From NCBI GenBank assembly GCA_951406725.2, contig OX597839.1, forward strand, positions 20,398,001-20,462,000: a DNA stretch of 64,000 nucleotides, written 5' to 3'. Origin of the DNA: Octopus vulgaris. Its lineage: Eukaryota. Shown here in pieces: positions 50,146 to 63,668 of the stretch. The position numbers and the translations under genes are program-made. Numbering within the stretch: the first letter of the stretch is position 1; each line of letters opens with the position of its first letter. The notes under the pieces were generated by a model, which was given only the letters and a program-made list of their open reading frames with translations, searched no databases and was not told the origin of the DNA.

Positions 50146-51266
50146 TTTCTTGTAAATCAACAAGGCGTAGGAGTGGCTGTGTGTTAAGTAGCTTGCTTAC
50201 CAACAACATGGTTCTGGGTTCAGTCCCACTAACGCTCCAAGATTTACATACCCGTTGGCTAACCTTACCTGGGTTATCCCACCTGTCGAAGCGATTTATC
50301 AGAACCACAGGTGAGTGTAGGGCTCCAGGTGGAAACCAAAGCAGTTGAAGCATCCCTAAGAATGCAACATGTTCCCCAGTCAAAGGGGCTACCTCCTCAC
50401 GACACCTCATAGACCCCATACTCTTACACACAACGTGTGACTTCTCACACGTGTGGAATGACAATAAAGCAACGATATTTCTGTTGTTATAGCTCTGTCC
50501 TTTTGAGTGATCTTACCGTTGTTGTATTACTCTTGTTGTGTTGTATTGTACTCTGTTGTGTTGACAGCGTCATGTGATATTGTATCTTATGACATAATCA
50601 GTTGTGGTCGGATATTGGTCGGTAATTTGTTTTTACATAATGATCAATGTTGTATAGCGTTTAACTGATGTTCTTTTGGGTTAACATGCAATTTAGTGTC
50701 ATAAAAAAAATGAAAGTAAATTGCTCTGAAAGCCACGATAATTTCATAAATCAGCGAAATTTTGAACCATTCTTTAAATTTTGTTGATCGAATGTTGAGA
50801 GCATCCATACACAAACTATCGAAAGACCGTAGATGATCGCCAAGAGCATTGTCACTCAAGTTGATAATGTTGAACGAAAGCTGCTTTATTTATATCGTGT
50901 CGTATGATGATATGTTACAAAATAGGTTCAGAGGCCTTAAGAAGGCTATATTTATACTAACAAAACTAGAAAACTAAATACTCAACAGTGGAAAGCTTAA
51001 TAAACAATCCAGTTTATTTAAAATAGAATTTTTACTATGTTTCTGGTACCTAAGGTTTCCTGTAGACAGATAAGGGCATTTTTCCCAACTAGAATTTATA
51101 GTACGAATAACGCTCCGCTTTTAAGGCTAACGAGGGTGTGTACTCTCATATTTTGAATTTTGGTTGATAAATGCCAATCCCTGTTTGTAGGGAAAACCTT
51201 TGGGTACCAGGAAAGTAGCAAATATTGTTAAAAAGTAGAAACATTCATACAGGCTCATGCTCTCTC

Positions 51267-51323
<57 letters not shown>

Positions 51324-51764
51324 CTGTCGCACACACACATACGCACATTTTTGCATCTGTGTATACTTAATATGTCAAGAGCTGATGGGAAAATGCTACG
51401 TATGTACAAGTGAGTGACTGAATATGTGTGTGTGTGTGTGGTCATGTACACAGACACAGAGGCATATGTGTATGTATATATATATATATATATATATACC
51501 TATGCACAGACAGACGTTTCTCAATCGATTTCTCTATTTACGCTGCAATCTGTCTTGCTGTATCTCTCACTTTTCATCCCTCTTTTTTTTCATCTGTGTC
51601 TATATTCCCCATCACTTCCACCATCATCATCCCGTCTCCCCACCACCTCTCTCTCCCTCCCTCCCGCCTCTCTCTCGCAATTAAATATCTAGAAAACAAC
51701 GCGAGGCCCTTCTGGGTAACCTTTTCTGTCGTCTATTGTTTGAAATACTAACATTCCAATTAAC

Positions 51765-51795
<31 letters not shown>

Positions 51796-52148
51796 GTGCG
51801 CGTATATTTCCAGGCAGGAACGAGGGAACCTCAAAGCAGTTTAACATGCCTACTAGAAACAACAGCTTAATCCTATGTATCATATCACACCCATACACTT
51901 ATAATCGGGAAATCATTGAATATTAATGCGTCCTGATGTAAGCCTAGGGGCCCAGGGCCTGAAAAGAAGAATGTGAAGGGATGGTCATGATTAGAAGGCT
52001 TTTTGTGATAACATACATGTCAGTGGATCAGAGCTAATCAGTGGCTGAATAATGTCAACAACATTCTCTAACACACTCACACTTTCTCAAGTTGATTTTT
52101 TCGGACTCTGTACAAATAATATGGTAGAAAAAGAGAGAGAAACACCAT

Positions 52149-52361
52149 ACTCTTTACTCTTTACTCTTTTACTTGTTTCAGTCATTTGGCTGCGGCCATG
52201 CTGGAGCACCGCCTTTAGTCGAGCAAATCGACCCCGGGACTTATTCTTTGTAAGCCCAGTACTCTATTCATCGGTCTCTTTTGCCGAACCGCTAGGTGAC
52301 GGGGACGCAAACACACCAGCATCGGTTGCCAAGCAATGCTAGGGGGACAAACACAGACACA

Positions 52362-52438
<77 letters not shown>

Positions 52439-52722
52439 AAGCTAATAAAGCTAATATAGTAAAGCTTTGTCATATTTACATACCGAAATTTACCGGTAAA
52501 TAATTGTTGGTTACATGAAAAACCACACAATCTATATAATCTCTATATATATATATACGACAGGCTTCTTTCAGTTTCCGTCTACCAAATCCACTCACAA
52601 GGCATTGGTCGGCCCGGGGCTATAGCAGAAGACACTTGCCCAAGATGCCACGCAGTGGGACTGAACCCGGAGCCATGTGGTTGGTTAGCAAGCTACTTAC
52701 CACACAGCCACTCCTGCGCCTA
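52149..52722 (-). mobile_element. Full-length SINE family A with a ~100-bp insertion in its internal (TA)n
   Basis: Matches the consensus; extra sequence at 52436-52540. Confidence 0.92.
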
Positions 52723-52796
52723 TCAATTTTTTTTTTATTAAAACTGAAAATGACTTTGTCTCGCGATTCCAGTGGCAGTTTCAATGAAAATTATAT

Positions 52797-52965
52797 AGGA
52801 GCAGCTGTGTGGCAAGAAGCTTGCTTCCCAACCACGCGGTTCCTGGTTCAGTCCCACTGCGTACCATCTTAGGCAAGTGTCTTCTACTATAACCTCGGGC
52901 CGACCAAAGCCTTGTCAGTGGATTTTGGTAGACGGAAACTGAAAGAAGCCCGTCGTATATATATT

Positions 52966-53045
<80 letters not shown>

Positions 53046-53220
53046 TTGTGTTTATTCCCCCAACATCGGTTGACAACCGATGCTGGTGTCTTTACGTCCC
53101 TGTAACTTAGCGGTTCGGCAAAGTAAGTATGAGGCTTATAAAGAATAAATCCGGAGGTCGATTTCTCGACTAAAGGCGGTGCGCCAGCATAGCCGCAGTC
53201 AAATGATTGAAACAAGTAAT
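52797..53220 (+). mobile_element. SINE family A (older)
   Basis: Matches the consensus. Confidence 0.88.
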
Positions 53221-53367
53221 AAATATAAGAATATATATCTATAGATATAGATAGATACACACATACATGTATACACAAACGTGTATATGCATATATGTAT
53301 ATATACATATGTATAGTTACATATTGTATATATACTTATATACATAAGTTCATATATATATATATTA

Positions 53368-53630
53368 CCGTGACCGACCAAGGCTATCTGATGTTTACTA
53401 TACATAGCTGGTCACAATGCGCTTCAAACGACTCCACCCTGTTGGCTAAGAAGAAAGAGTGAAAGTTGTGGTGAAAGAGTACAGCAGGGATCGCCACCAC
53501 CCCCTGCCGGAGTTTCGTGGAGCTTTAGATGTTTTCGCTCAATAAACACTCACAACGTCCTGTTTGGGAATCGAAACCGCGATCCTACAACCGCGAGCCC
53601 GCTGCCCTAACCACTGGGCCATTGCGCCTC

Positions 53631-53631
<1 letters not shown>
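53368..53631 (-). mobile_element. SINE family C, tail C2
   Basis: Colinear with 12055-12357. Confidence 0.85.
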
Positions 53632-53661
<30 letters not shown>

Positions 53662-54283
53662 GAACATACATACATAAGTTTGTGCGTGTGTTTATACATA
53701 TATGTACATATGCATGTACATATGCATATATATGTATATATATGTATATATATACATATATACATATATATGTACGAATGTATGCACATATATATGTGTA
53801 TATATCTGTGTATTTATTATATATATATATATATATAGATACATACATACAATATGGCTGAGGAAAAAAAATCCTTTGAGGGTTGCTTAGAATACTAATA
53901 ACGCGTCGGAATCTTCAGAAAATAATCAGATGACGATGCATTTAGGAGAAGATCTTATCTTGAAATTAGATAGTATTATTGGTAGCCTCACATTTATTTG
54001 CTATTTTTAGAGTTTTAAACACTCCGTGAAGGAGTTTTTATCTTCTAATTGCAATGATAATCTCAGTTAATCTAAATTTTTTTTTCGGCTCACTATATTA
54101 ACATATGCGAGACTCAACCGGCGTATTTATGTTCGTAGTACCCCAGGGGAGGTACGTTCGTACGTACATAAATATACAGATTTGTTAAACATACAGCAGC
54201 ATTTGTGAAGCTTTCCCCAAGATTCTCCATTTTAGTTTTCCCTGCAATAAGTAGTCACGTGTCCATACACACATTTTTGTTTT

Positions 54284-54588
54284 GTTGCTTGTTCCTTCTC
54301 GAGCCATGGCTGGCTCATAAGGGGCCGGTTTCCCGGTTTCCTTGGCGTATAGGTTCCCCACTTGGACGGGACGCCGGTCCGTCGCAGGTGAGCTGCAAGA
54401 TGCAGGAGGAAAGAGTGAGAGAAAGTTGTGGCGAAAGAATCAGCAGAGGTTTCGCCATTACCTTCTGCCGTAGCTGCGTGGAGCTTTGGTGTTTCGCTCA
54501 TAAACACACACATCGCCCGGTCTGAGATTCGAACCCACGATCCCTCGACCGTAAGTCCGCTGCTCTACCCACTAGGCCATGTGCCTCC
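54284..54588 (-). mobile_element. SINE family C, tail C3
   Basis: C-type head and core, then cctgcgacggaccggcgtcccgtcc...gaaaccgggaaaccggccc..ggctcgagaagg. Confidence 0.82.
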
Positions 54589-54614
54589 ACACGCATTTAC
54601 AATTTAGTACTGGT

Positions 54615-54960
54615 ACTGGCCTGAAATTTGAGGGGAGGTAATAGTCAATTACATCGACCCCAGCTTACAACTGGGTTTTATTTCATCGATCCACAAAGGA
54701 CGAAAGGTAAAGTCGATTTTGGGCGGAATTTAAACTCAGAACGTGGAGACGGATGACGTGCCGCTAAGCATTTAGTCCGGCCCGGTAAAGATTCTACCAG
54801 TTCGCCGCCTTTCTGCTACTACATAATCTTTTCTACTATAGGCACAAGGCTTGAAATTTGAGGGAAGGGGATAGTTGATAACATCGACCCCAGTATACAA
54901 CTGGTTCTTATTTTATCGATCTGGAAAAGATGAAAAGCAAAGTCGACCTCGGCCGAATTT
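54615..54960 (-). mobile_element. Two tandem SINE family B copies
   Basis: acatcgaccccag...aaagtcga and ccagttcgccgcc. Confidence 0.78.
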
Positions 54961-54961
54961 A

Positions 54962-55348
54962 GGATCTTTACCTTTTGACCTACAGATTAAAAAAAATTTT
55001 TGTAACTAAACACTTTCAAACTTCGGACACTGGTAGAATGTGTCATATAAAACATGTTTTACTCTTAGCATTTTTGAGAAAAACTTTACGAAGTTATTTC
55101 ACATTAAAGTTCTCGTATTTCGGTAATTTCAACCAATCAATGACGTGTATTCAATAAAATTACTGCCGTTGTTTGTCAACAAGAACTTCCGGCGGTGTAT
55201 ATTTCGTTTGTCACTGTTATTTATGACAACCCTAACCTTAAAACCCTAACCCCAAAACCCAACCCTAAAACCCTAACCCTACCCCTAAAACACTAACCAT
55301 AAAACTTTAAAGCCAGTACAAACGCATGAACGGTGTCATAAATAACCT
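54962..55348. mobile_element. Related, truncated MITE subfamily with CCCTAA repeats
   Basis: Starts ggatcttt and shares gtaactaaacact..aaacttcg..tggtagaatgtgt and atttcaaccaatcaatgacgt with 34438-34858. Confidence 0.7.
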
Positions 55349-55804
55349 ATAAAGCTGATTCTCTCTCTCTGTCTGTCTGTCTCTCTCCTCTCTTTCCCTC
55401 TGTCTGTCTGTCTGTCTCTCTCTCTCCTTCTCTCTTTCCCTCTGTCTGTCTGTCTGTCTCTGTCTCTCTCTCTCTCTCTCTAGAAAAGTCTTTTTCTGTG
55501 TTAGTGTCGAAGGTCTGCGGTTTGCTGACGAAGCACTTTACTGAATTTATTTTTAAATTTAACGTCAGTGGGTTTGAACCCGGAACCATGTGGTTCGTAA
55601 GTAAGCTACTTACCACACAGCCACTCATACGCCGAAAGGATGAAAGGCGAAGTCTACCTCGGCTGATATTTGAACTCAAAACGCGAAGACGGATGAAATG
55701 CCGCGGAATATTTTATTCGGCGTAAAGCCGGAAGAAATGTCTTTGTCCGCCATGCTAACGATTCTGCCACTTGGCACCCTTTAAAAGAATAATAATGTTT
55801 CTAC

Positions 55805-56217
55805 GGATCTTTTCGGTTTGAACGGTAGTTTTTATAGCGGTGTCATATGAAATTGTCACCCATAATTATGACCCTAGTATCGATCTATTGCATTTCAATC
55901 TGTTTTAGGATTAGGGTTAGGGATGGGGGGAAGGGTATCTTTTTTTTTCACAAATGTAAATAAACCCAATCTGTTTCTTAAACGAGGGACATATTCATAC
56001 GGCACAGAATGCTTTTTAACTCAATATACGTCATTGATTGGTTGAAATTGCAGAAATTGAAGAAAAAACAACAAATATCTTACAAACTATAGAATTTTCT
56101 CAATAAAGCCAAGAGAAAAAGATGTTTTATAAACACATTCTACCAGTATACGAAGTTTAAAATTTTTTAGTTACCTAGAAATTATGTTAAAAACTGCCGT
56201 TCAAACCGAAAAGATCC
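55805..56217. mobile_element. MITE of the same family as 34438-34858, opposite orientation, with perfect 8-bp TSD gtttctac
   Basis: TIRs present, with TSD copies at 55797-55804 and 56218-56225. Confidence 0.9.
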
Positions 56218-56852
56218 GTTTCTACAATACTTACAAAGCCTAAAACTTTGTGGGAGGGGCCCAATTGATTACATTGTCCCCTGTGCTTAACTAGTACCTA
56301 TTTTATCAACAGCTTTAGGATGAAAAGCAAAAATCGATCTCGACGACATTTTGAACTCAACGCAAAGCCGAAATGCCGCTAAACGATTCTCGCCAGCTCG
56401 CCAGCCATCTTGTCGTTCATGTTTCATAGAGCAAACATCTTTAGATATTTTTTTTCCGCAGTCGTTCTTTATAAGTTAGCACTCACTCCACTCAAGAGTT
56501 CATTCACTATAATCCTATATAATTCTCTTGTCAGTCTAAGATCTGACATTAAAAGTCAGAAGATATTCCGTTGATGAGATGGAAAGAGACTTCAATAAAT
56601 CTTGGAGTCGTCTCGCTCTGCTTTCAAAGCTGTGACTTTCAACTCTCTTTCATTGCATTTTATATTTAATTAATTTTAATGAATTCAAATTCCAGAGATT
56701 CTCTCGCCTCCCCTATCTCGCTCTCACTCTCTCATTTTTTTTTTTTATTTTCGACTAGAATGAATCGTTTTGTTTGTTCTCTTCGATAACGTGTGATTTT
56801 CATTGATTAAAATCCCCCACACATACACACAGAATACATATGTGTGTATAAA

Positions 56853-56917
<65 letters not shown>

Positions 56918-56919
<2 letters not shown>

Positions 56920-57331
56920 CGCAGGAGTGGCTGTGTGGTAAGTAGCTTGCTAACCAACCACATAGTTCCGGGTTCGGTCCCACTGCGCGGTATCTTGGGC
57001 AAGTGTCTTCTGCTATAGCCCCGGGCCGACCAATGCCTTGTGAGTGGATTTGGTGGACGGAAACTGAAAGAAGCCCGTCGTATATATGTAGATATATATA
57101 TATATATATATGTATGTGTGTCTGTGTTTGTCCCCCTAGCATTGCTTGACAACCGATGCTGGTGTGTTTACGTCCCCGTCACTTAGCGGTTCGGCAAAAG
57201 AGACCGATAGAATAAGTACTGGGCTTACAAAGAATAAGTCCCGGGATCGAGTTGCTCGACTAAAGGCGGTGCTCCAGCATGGCCGCAGTCAAATGACTGA
57301 AACAAGTAAAAGAGTAAACGAGTAAAGAGAG
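56918..57331 (+). mobile_element. Full-length SINE family A
   Basis: Matches the consensus. Confidence 0.93.
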
Positions 57332-57574
57332 TATACATACACACTCGCAATTTATAAAATTTCATTCTCTTTTATCACAAACTTTTGACAAACGGTCACG
57401 TGAAACTCAAACTGTATATTCTTTTACACGTTTCAGTCATTTGGCTACGGTCATACTGGAGCAGCGCCTTAAGGCCTGTGAACATTTTCCAGCTTTAATA
57501 AATTAATATTTTAGGCCCTAACTTTTGATATGCGTGTGCTAATTTTTCCAAATTTTTTGCAGCTGTATGCTTAC

Positions 57575-58590
57575 TTTGTTTCAGTCATTTGACTGTTGCC
57601 ATGCTGCAGCAAACCCTTTAGTCTAAAGAAATCGATTCCAGGACTTATTCTTTGTAAGCCTAGTTCTTATTCTGTCGGTCTCTTTTGCCGAACCGCTTAG
57701 TTATGGGAAGGTAAACATACCAACATCGGTTGTCAAGCGATGGTGGTGGTGCCAAACATAGACGCATACATATATATATATTCTTTTATTCTTTCCTTTG
57801 TTTGTCATTTGACTGTGGTCATGCTGGAGTACAGCCTTTAGTCGAACAAATCGACCCCAGGACTTATTCTATCGATTACTCTTGCTTAACCGCTAAGTGA
57901 CGGGGACGTAAACACACCAGCATCGATTGTCAAGCGATGTTGGGGAGACAAACACAAACACACAAACATATACATACATACATTATATATATACGGGCTT
58001 CTTTCAGTTTCCGTCTACCAAATCCACTCACAAGGCTTTGGTCGACCCGAGGCTATAGCAGAAGACACTTGCCCAAAGTGCCACGAAGTGGAACTGAACC
58101 CAGAACCATGTGGTTGGTAAACAAGCTACTTACCACACAGCCACTCCTACACCTATGCATACATACATATATATATACTCTTACTCTTTTACTCTTTTAC
58201 TTGTTTCAGTCATTTGACTGCGGCCATGCTGGAGCACCGCCTTTAGTCGACCAAATCGACCCCGGGACTTATTCTTTGTAAGCCCAGTACTTATTCTATC
58301 GGTCTCTTTTGCCGAACCGCTAAGTGACGGGGAGGTAAACACACCAGCATCGGCTGTCAAGCAATGCTAAGGGGACAAACACAGACACACAAACATATAC
58401 ACACACACTTATATATATATATACATATATACGACAGGCTTCTTTCAGTTTCCGTCTACCAAATCCACTCACAAGGCATTGGTCGGCCCGGGGCTATAGC
58501 AGAAGACACTTGCCCAAGATGCCACGCAGTGGGACTGAACCCGGAACCATGTGGTTGGTTAGCAAGCTACTTACCACACAGCCACTCCTA
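57575..58590 (-). mobile_element. Three head-to-tail SINE family A copies (57575-57770 partial, 57785-58155, 58175-58590)
   Basis: Repeated reverse-complement consensus, with copies of different divergence. Confidence 0.9.
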
Positions 58591-59464
58591 TATATATATA
58601 TTATTGTTATAAATCTGTACCTTCATATTTATACACACAGCTGATCCCCTATGAGTTTTCTCTCCTATCTGATATCTGATTTTTATCCCCACTGGTGCTG
58701 ATACAACATCGCTGCTTCCATTGTCGTTAGCTCTTCTTTTAAAACACACCTTAGCAGGTTTTCCACTATCTCAGAAATGTGATCTTTTCTCAACACCTAA
58801 CCAACCGCCTCACGCCTTCACCAAGCAAATCGCAAGAAAATATATACACAGACGCAGAGTCTTACCGCCTTCTTTTTTCTCTCCTCTCACTCATTTTGCC
58901 TTTATCTCATTCTGTAATCTCTCTCTCTCTCTGTCTCCCTCCTCTTCTTTCTGTCTCCCTCCTCTTCTTTCTATCTCTTTATATCTTTATACTCAGCTTG
59001 TCCATTCAAAAACTAACCCCATTTCCTCAATCGCATTTACAAGCGTAACCGCGGACTGTGTCAAGGTGAGCGCGCAAGCGTGAATGAGAGTGAGTGAAGG
59101 TGTGAGTGTGCGTGCGTTCGTGTGTGTATGTGTTTGTGCTTGAGTGCAAATACATGTACGTAGGTGTGTGTGTGTGTGTTTTATTATAAATAAATCTTTG
59201 TATATTTATGTTTGTATATGGTCGTATCTCTATACAACATACGTAGTGTTTGCGTTTAGGTATGAACGTGTGTGCGTGCGTATATGTATGTATTTATGTA
59301 TACTTATCTAGATGTATGAGTGTGTGTCTATATGTACGTATTTTAGTATAATTATATACATGTGTGTGTATATATATGTATGTATATATAGAGACATACA
59401 CCCACACGGAAACATTTAATAACAACTTCTTATAGAGTACATTTAAAGTTTGTGTTACTCTTAT

Positions 59465-59746
59465 TTTTTACTCTTTTACTTGTTTCAGTCATTTGACTGC
59501 GGCCATGCTGGAGCACCGCCTTTAGTTGAGCAACTCGACCCCGGGACTTATTCTTTGTAAGCCTAGTACTTATTCTATCGGGACTCTTTTGCCGAACCAC
59601 TAAGTGACGGGGACGTAAACACACCAGCATCGGTTGTCAAGCAATGCTAGGGGGACAAACACACACATACATATAATATATATATACATATATACGACAG
59701 GCTTCTTTCAGTTTCCGTCTACCAAATCCACTCACAAGGCATTGGT

Positions 59747-59750
<4 letters not shown>
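59465..59750 (-). mobile_element. 5'-truncated SINE family A
   Basis: Matches the consensus. Confidence 0.9.
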
Positions 59751-59790
<40 letters not shown>

Positions 59791-59795
<5 letters not shown>

Positions 59796-59858
59796 AAGCG
59801 CACTGTGACCAGCGATGTGTAGCAACATCTGATAGTCTGGTCGGTCACGGTGATCACG

Positions 59859-59863
<5 letters not shown>
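59791..59863 (+). mobile_element. Isolated C2 tail inserted in (TA)n
   Basis: atgcgaagcgcactgtgaccagcgatgtgtagcaacatctgatagtctggtcggtcacggtga. Confidence 0.8.
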
Positions 59864-59907
<44 letters not shown>

Positions 59908-60259
59908 AATTCTTTCGATATAACTCGACAAAATCAAAACATTCTCACCTCGGGTATTTCCGTGGGTTGTGGAGTTGAGATATAACGAAATTATGCCAGC
60001 AATGTCTCATTTTAAACTTCAAGAAAAAAAAAAGCCTTGCATATTTGTTGTTACCTGTTTCAGGTGTGTATGTAAAATCCGCAAATTTCCAAGCAGAAAA
60101 CAGAATCGAACTTATCATTTGCTTCCTTGTTTGTTTGTTTGTATGTATGTCTGTCTGTATGTATGTATGTATGTATGTGTGTATGTGAGTGTGTATGTAT
60201 GCATGCATGCATGTATGTATGTATGTATGTACGTACGTCCGTCCGTCTGTCTGTCTGTT

Positions 60260-60313
<54 letters not shown>

Positions 60314-60499
60314 CACTCCCATTTTTAATGTCCTGTAATGGTATATGTTGTATATATACAATGTATACAGAATGTAGTATTAAACCAGCCTACACTGGCC
60401 ATATGTATAAACACGTGTATTGCGTATAATATAACATACGTATGTCAAATATCATGAGACACAGGGTTTGTGTGTGTGTGTGTGTGTGTGTGTGTATTT

Positions 60500-60898
60500 T
60501 ATTTGGTTTTTTAGTTATTTGACTGCGGTCTTGCTGCAGCACCACCTTAAGGGGTTTTAGGCGAACAAATCAACCCTGGGACTTATCTTTGGAATAGCCT
60601 AGTACTTATTCTACCAGTCTTTTTTTTTTTTTGCTAAACCGCTAACTTACGGGGACGTAAACACACCAACATCGGTATCCAGCCATGGTGATATGGGGAC
60701 AAACGCAGGCACAAACACAAATATATATAGATATATATATATACGACGGGCTTCTTTCAGTTTCCGTCTACCAAATCCACTCACAAAGCTTTGGTCGATC
60801 CGAGGCTATAGTAGAAATCACTTGCCCAAGGTGCCATGCAGTGGGACTGAACTTGGAATCATGTGGTTGGGAAGCAAGCTTCTTACCACGCAGCCACG
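60500..60898 (-). mobile_element. Older SINE family A
   Basis: Diverged match to the consensus. Confidence 0.85.
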
Positions 60899-60934
60899 AA
60901 GACATCCGTGTAATCCATTCTTGCAAGTGATTGA

Positions 60935-60992
<58 letters not shown>

Positions 60993-61277
60993 ATGCATAT
61001 GTGTGTGCTTGTGTATACGTGTGTGTTTTACATTCTTGAACCAGTTTCATAAATACACATCACTTATCTTTTATCTTATATAGACATATGCAGATACACA
61101 TATACACATACATACAAATACATATCCATGCACACACCCACACACACATTTACATATATATAAATTCATCATACACGCATCATTCATACACACGTTCGAC
61201 TAAAATCCTTCAAACCAGTGCCCCAGCATGGTCGTCATCCAATGACTGAAACAAGTAAAAGACGAAAAATACATACA

Positions 61278-61475
61278 TGTGTCTGTGTTTGTCCCCCTAG
61301 CATTGCTTGACAACCGATGCTGGTGTGTTTATGTCCCCGTGACGTAGCGGTTCGGCAAAAGAGACCGATAGAATAAGTACTGGGCTTACAAAAAAGAATA
61401 AGTCCTGGGGTCGAGTTGCTCGATTAAAGGCGGTGCACCAGCATGGCCGCAGTCAAAATGACTGAAACAAGTAAA
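61278..61475 (+). mobile_element. SINE family A 3' half
   Basis: Matches the consensus. Confidence 0.9.
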
Positions 61476-61847
61476 AAAAAAAAAAAATATACGTGCGTAT
61501 ATACAGCATACATACTTGCATGCTGTATATACTTGCATGCATGCATACATACATTATACATGCATGTGTACGTACATTCGTACATACGTTCGTACGTACG
61601 TAAAACATTTTCCCACACTCCAAAATATCTGTTTTACATATAAACATTGTTTCCCTATCACATATACACTCACTTTTTCGGCACATCTATCCGCGCTCTC
61701 GCTGTCTCCCTCCTCTCTCACACTATCACTTATTCTCATCACCTGCCCCACCCCACATATACATACCAATACACACTGCTTATATACATATTATACATGT
61801 ATGTGTATAATATGCATGCGAAAAAGTGTTCACAATAAATTCTCATA

Positions 61848-62241
61848 GGCGCAGGAGTGGCTGTGTGGTAAGTAGCTTGTTTACCAACCACATGGTTACG
61901 GGTTCAGTCCCACTGCGTGGCATCTTGAGCAAGTGTCTTCTGCTATAGCCCCGGGCCGACCAATGCCTTGTGAGTGGATTTGGTAGACGGAAACTGAAAG
62001 AAGCCTGTCGTATATATGTATATGTATATATGTGTGTGTGTGTCTGTGTTTGACCCCCTAGCATTGCTTGACAACCGATGCTGGTGTGTTTACGTTCCCG
62101 TTACTTAGCGGTTCAGCAAAAAAAGAGACCGATAGAATAAGTACTGGGCTTACAAAGAATAAGTCCCGGGGTTGATTTGCTCGACTAAAGGCGGTGCTCC
62201 AGCATGGCCGCAGTCAAATGACTGAAACAAGTAAAAGAGAG
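61848..62241 (+). mobile_element. Full-length SINE family A
   Basis: Matches the consensus. Confidence 0.93.
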
Positions 62242-62428
62242 ATCTAATCGTAATCCACACTATATGAAACTAATACAAACATTTTCGTAGAAAATTTAAT
62301 CAAAAAATTAGCCATTTTCCTTTTTAACGTTGTGAGGAAACAAAGACGGCGGGTGCACACTTGAATCCGTATACCAACCCTATTAGCATCGATCTTAGTT
62401 GTGTGATTTTGCAAGAAATATATATGCA

Positions 62429-62694
62429 TGTGATAGCATGGGCTTCAGAGGCCCACAGCTCTTCAATATCCCCCCGAAGAACCTGAGGGACCTGCATGGG
62501 GTGGATGCAGATGTCTTTAAAATAAAACTGGATCTCTTCCTGTCAGGTGTCCCATATGAACCAACTTCACGGCAGAAGGTGCAGATGAGGGCAGCTGCAT
62601 CGAACTCTCTCATGCACCAAATGGCAATTGCTAAAAAGCATTCGTGAAGTAAAATCATGTAGCAACACCGAATGGCGGTGCCTCAGCATGGCCA
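62429..62694 (+). mobile_element. LINE (CR1/L2 group) ORF2 C-terminus and 3' UTR; candidate partner of SINE A
   Basis: CDSMGFRGPQLFNIPPKNLRDL....DVFKIKLDLFLSGVPYEP...RAAASNSL fits the GP.LFN.LP..LR / FK..LD.FL..VPD.P LINE terminus. It is followed by ggcggtgcctcagcatggcca. Confidence 0.8.
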
Positions 62695-62753
62695 TATATA
62701 CATATCATAAAGTTCTAATGAGGCTATAACTGCTGAAATCACTCATATATGGT

Positions 62754-62806
<53 letters not shown>

Positions 62807-63364
62807 GAGGAGAGTGAAACTAGATAAAAAAAATATATGATGTTTTATTTTTATATGCGTGATACGCGAGTCTGTGGAAAAATTGTCTTGGGTGAAACCG
62901 GTCTGTGATACAAAATTGGTTGGGGTCCGTTGGTTTAAACGAACATAAATATCTCTGGTTCGGTCTCCTTGCTCTAAGTCTAATGTGTCTCAACCAATTG
63001 CTTTCCCACATTATCAATATAAACAGACTTCTCTCTCTCTCTGCCTCTCAAAGCACACAGTCTATGTTTGCGTTTCTCTCGTCTCACAACTAATCGTCTG
63101 CAGATGTCGCTCTGTTTTGTCGTCTGTCCTCCTTCCAATCTCTCTTTCTTTGCATTTTCGTCTCCCCCTCTCTCTATCTTTCTTTCCCTCCCTCTGTCTT
63201 TCACCCCATCTTCCTCTCTCTATTGTAACTGCTTTCTCTCTATCGGAATAAGTACGATATACGCTTGCAATATTCTCGTTTTCTCTGTATCCACATGCAT
63301 TCACCCATATATATATATATATATATATATATGCATGTGTATGTGTATGTGAAAGAGAGAGAGA

Positions 63365-63515
63365 GAGAGTGACGTAACTGCATCCCGCTGTAACTGCATC
63401 CCTCTCTTTCTCTCTCGCCCTCCCCCTCTTTCTCTCTCTCTCTGCCAAATTCGTTTTATCTCTCACTCGCACGATTATTCTCTTTCTATCAACGTAGTAT
63501 TGGCGCGAAATTTTC
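63365..63515. promoter_or_regulatory. Candidate regulatory island with CRE/ATF-like and E2F motifs
   Basis: tgacgtaa at 63370, ttggcgcgaaa at 63500, and duplicated taactgcatccc. Confidence 0.3.
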
Positions 63516-63559
63516 GTACACGCTAACACATTTCTCTCATCGGGGAGTTTTGCATCGAA

Positions 63560-63590
<31 letters not shown>

Positions 63591-63668
63591 CATTTGTCTT
63601 CATGCAAAGTACTGCAGCATCAAGCATATTAGCACATCGTGCGTGTGTGCATGTATATATATATATAT

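Noticed and set aside
53865-53915. ctgagga...aacgcgtcgg as a hammerhead
   Set aside because: There is no GAAA core or convincing stems.
55229-55300. Telomere-like CCCTAA repeats as a chromosome end or fusion site
   Set aside because: They are short, degenerate and internal to a MITE family.
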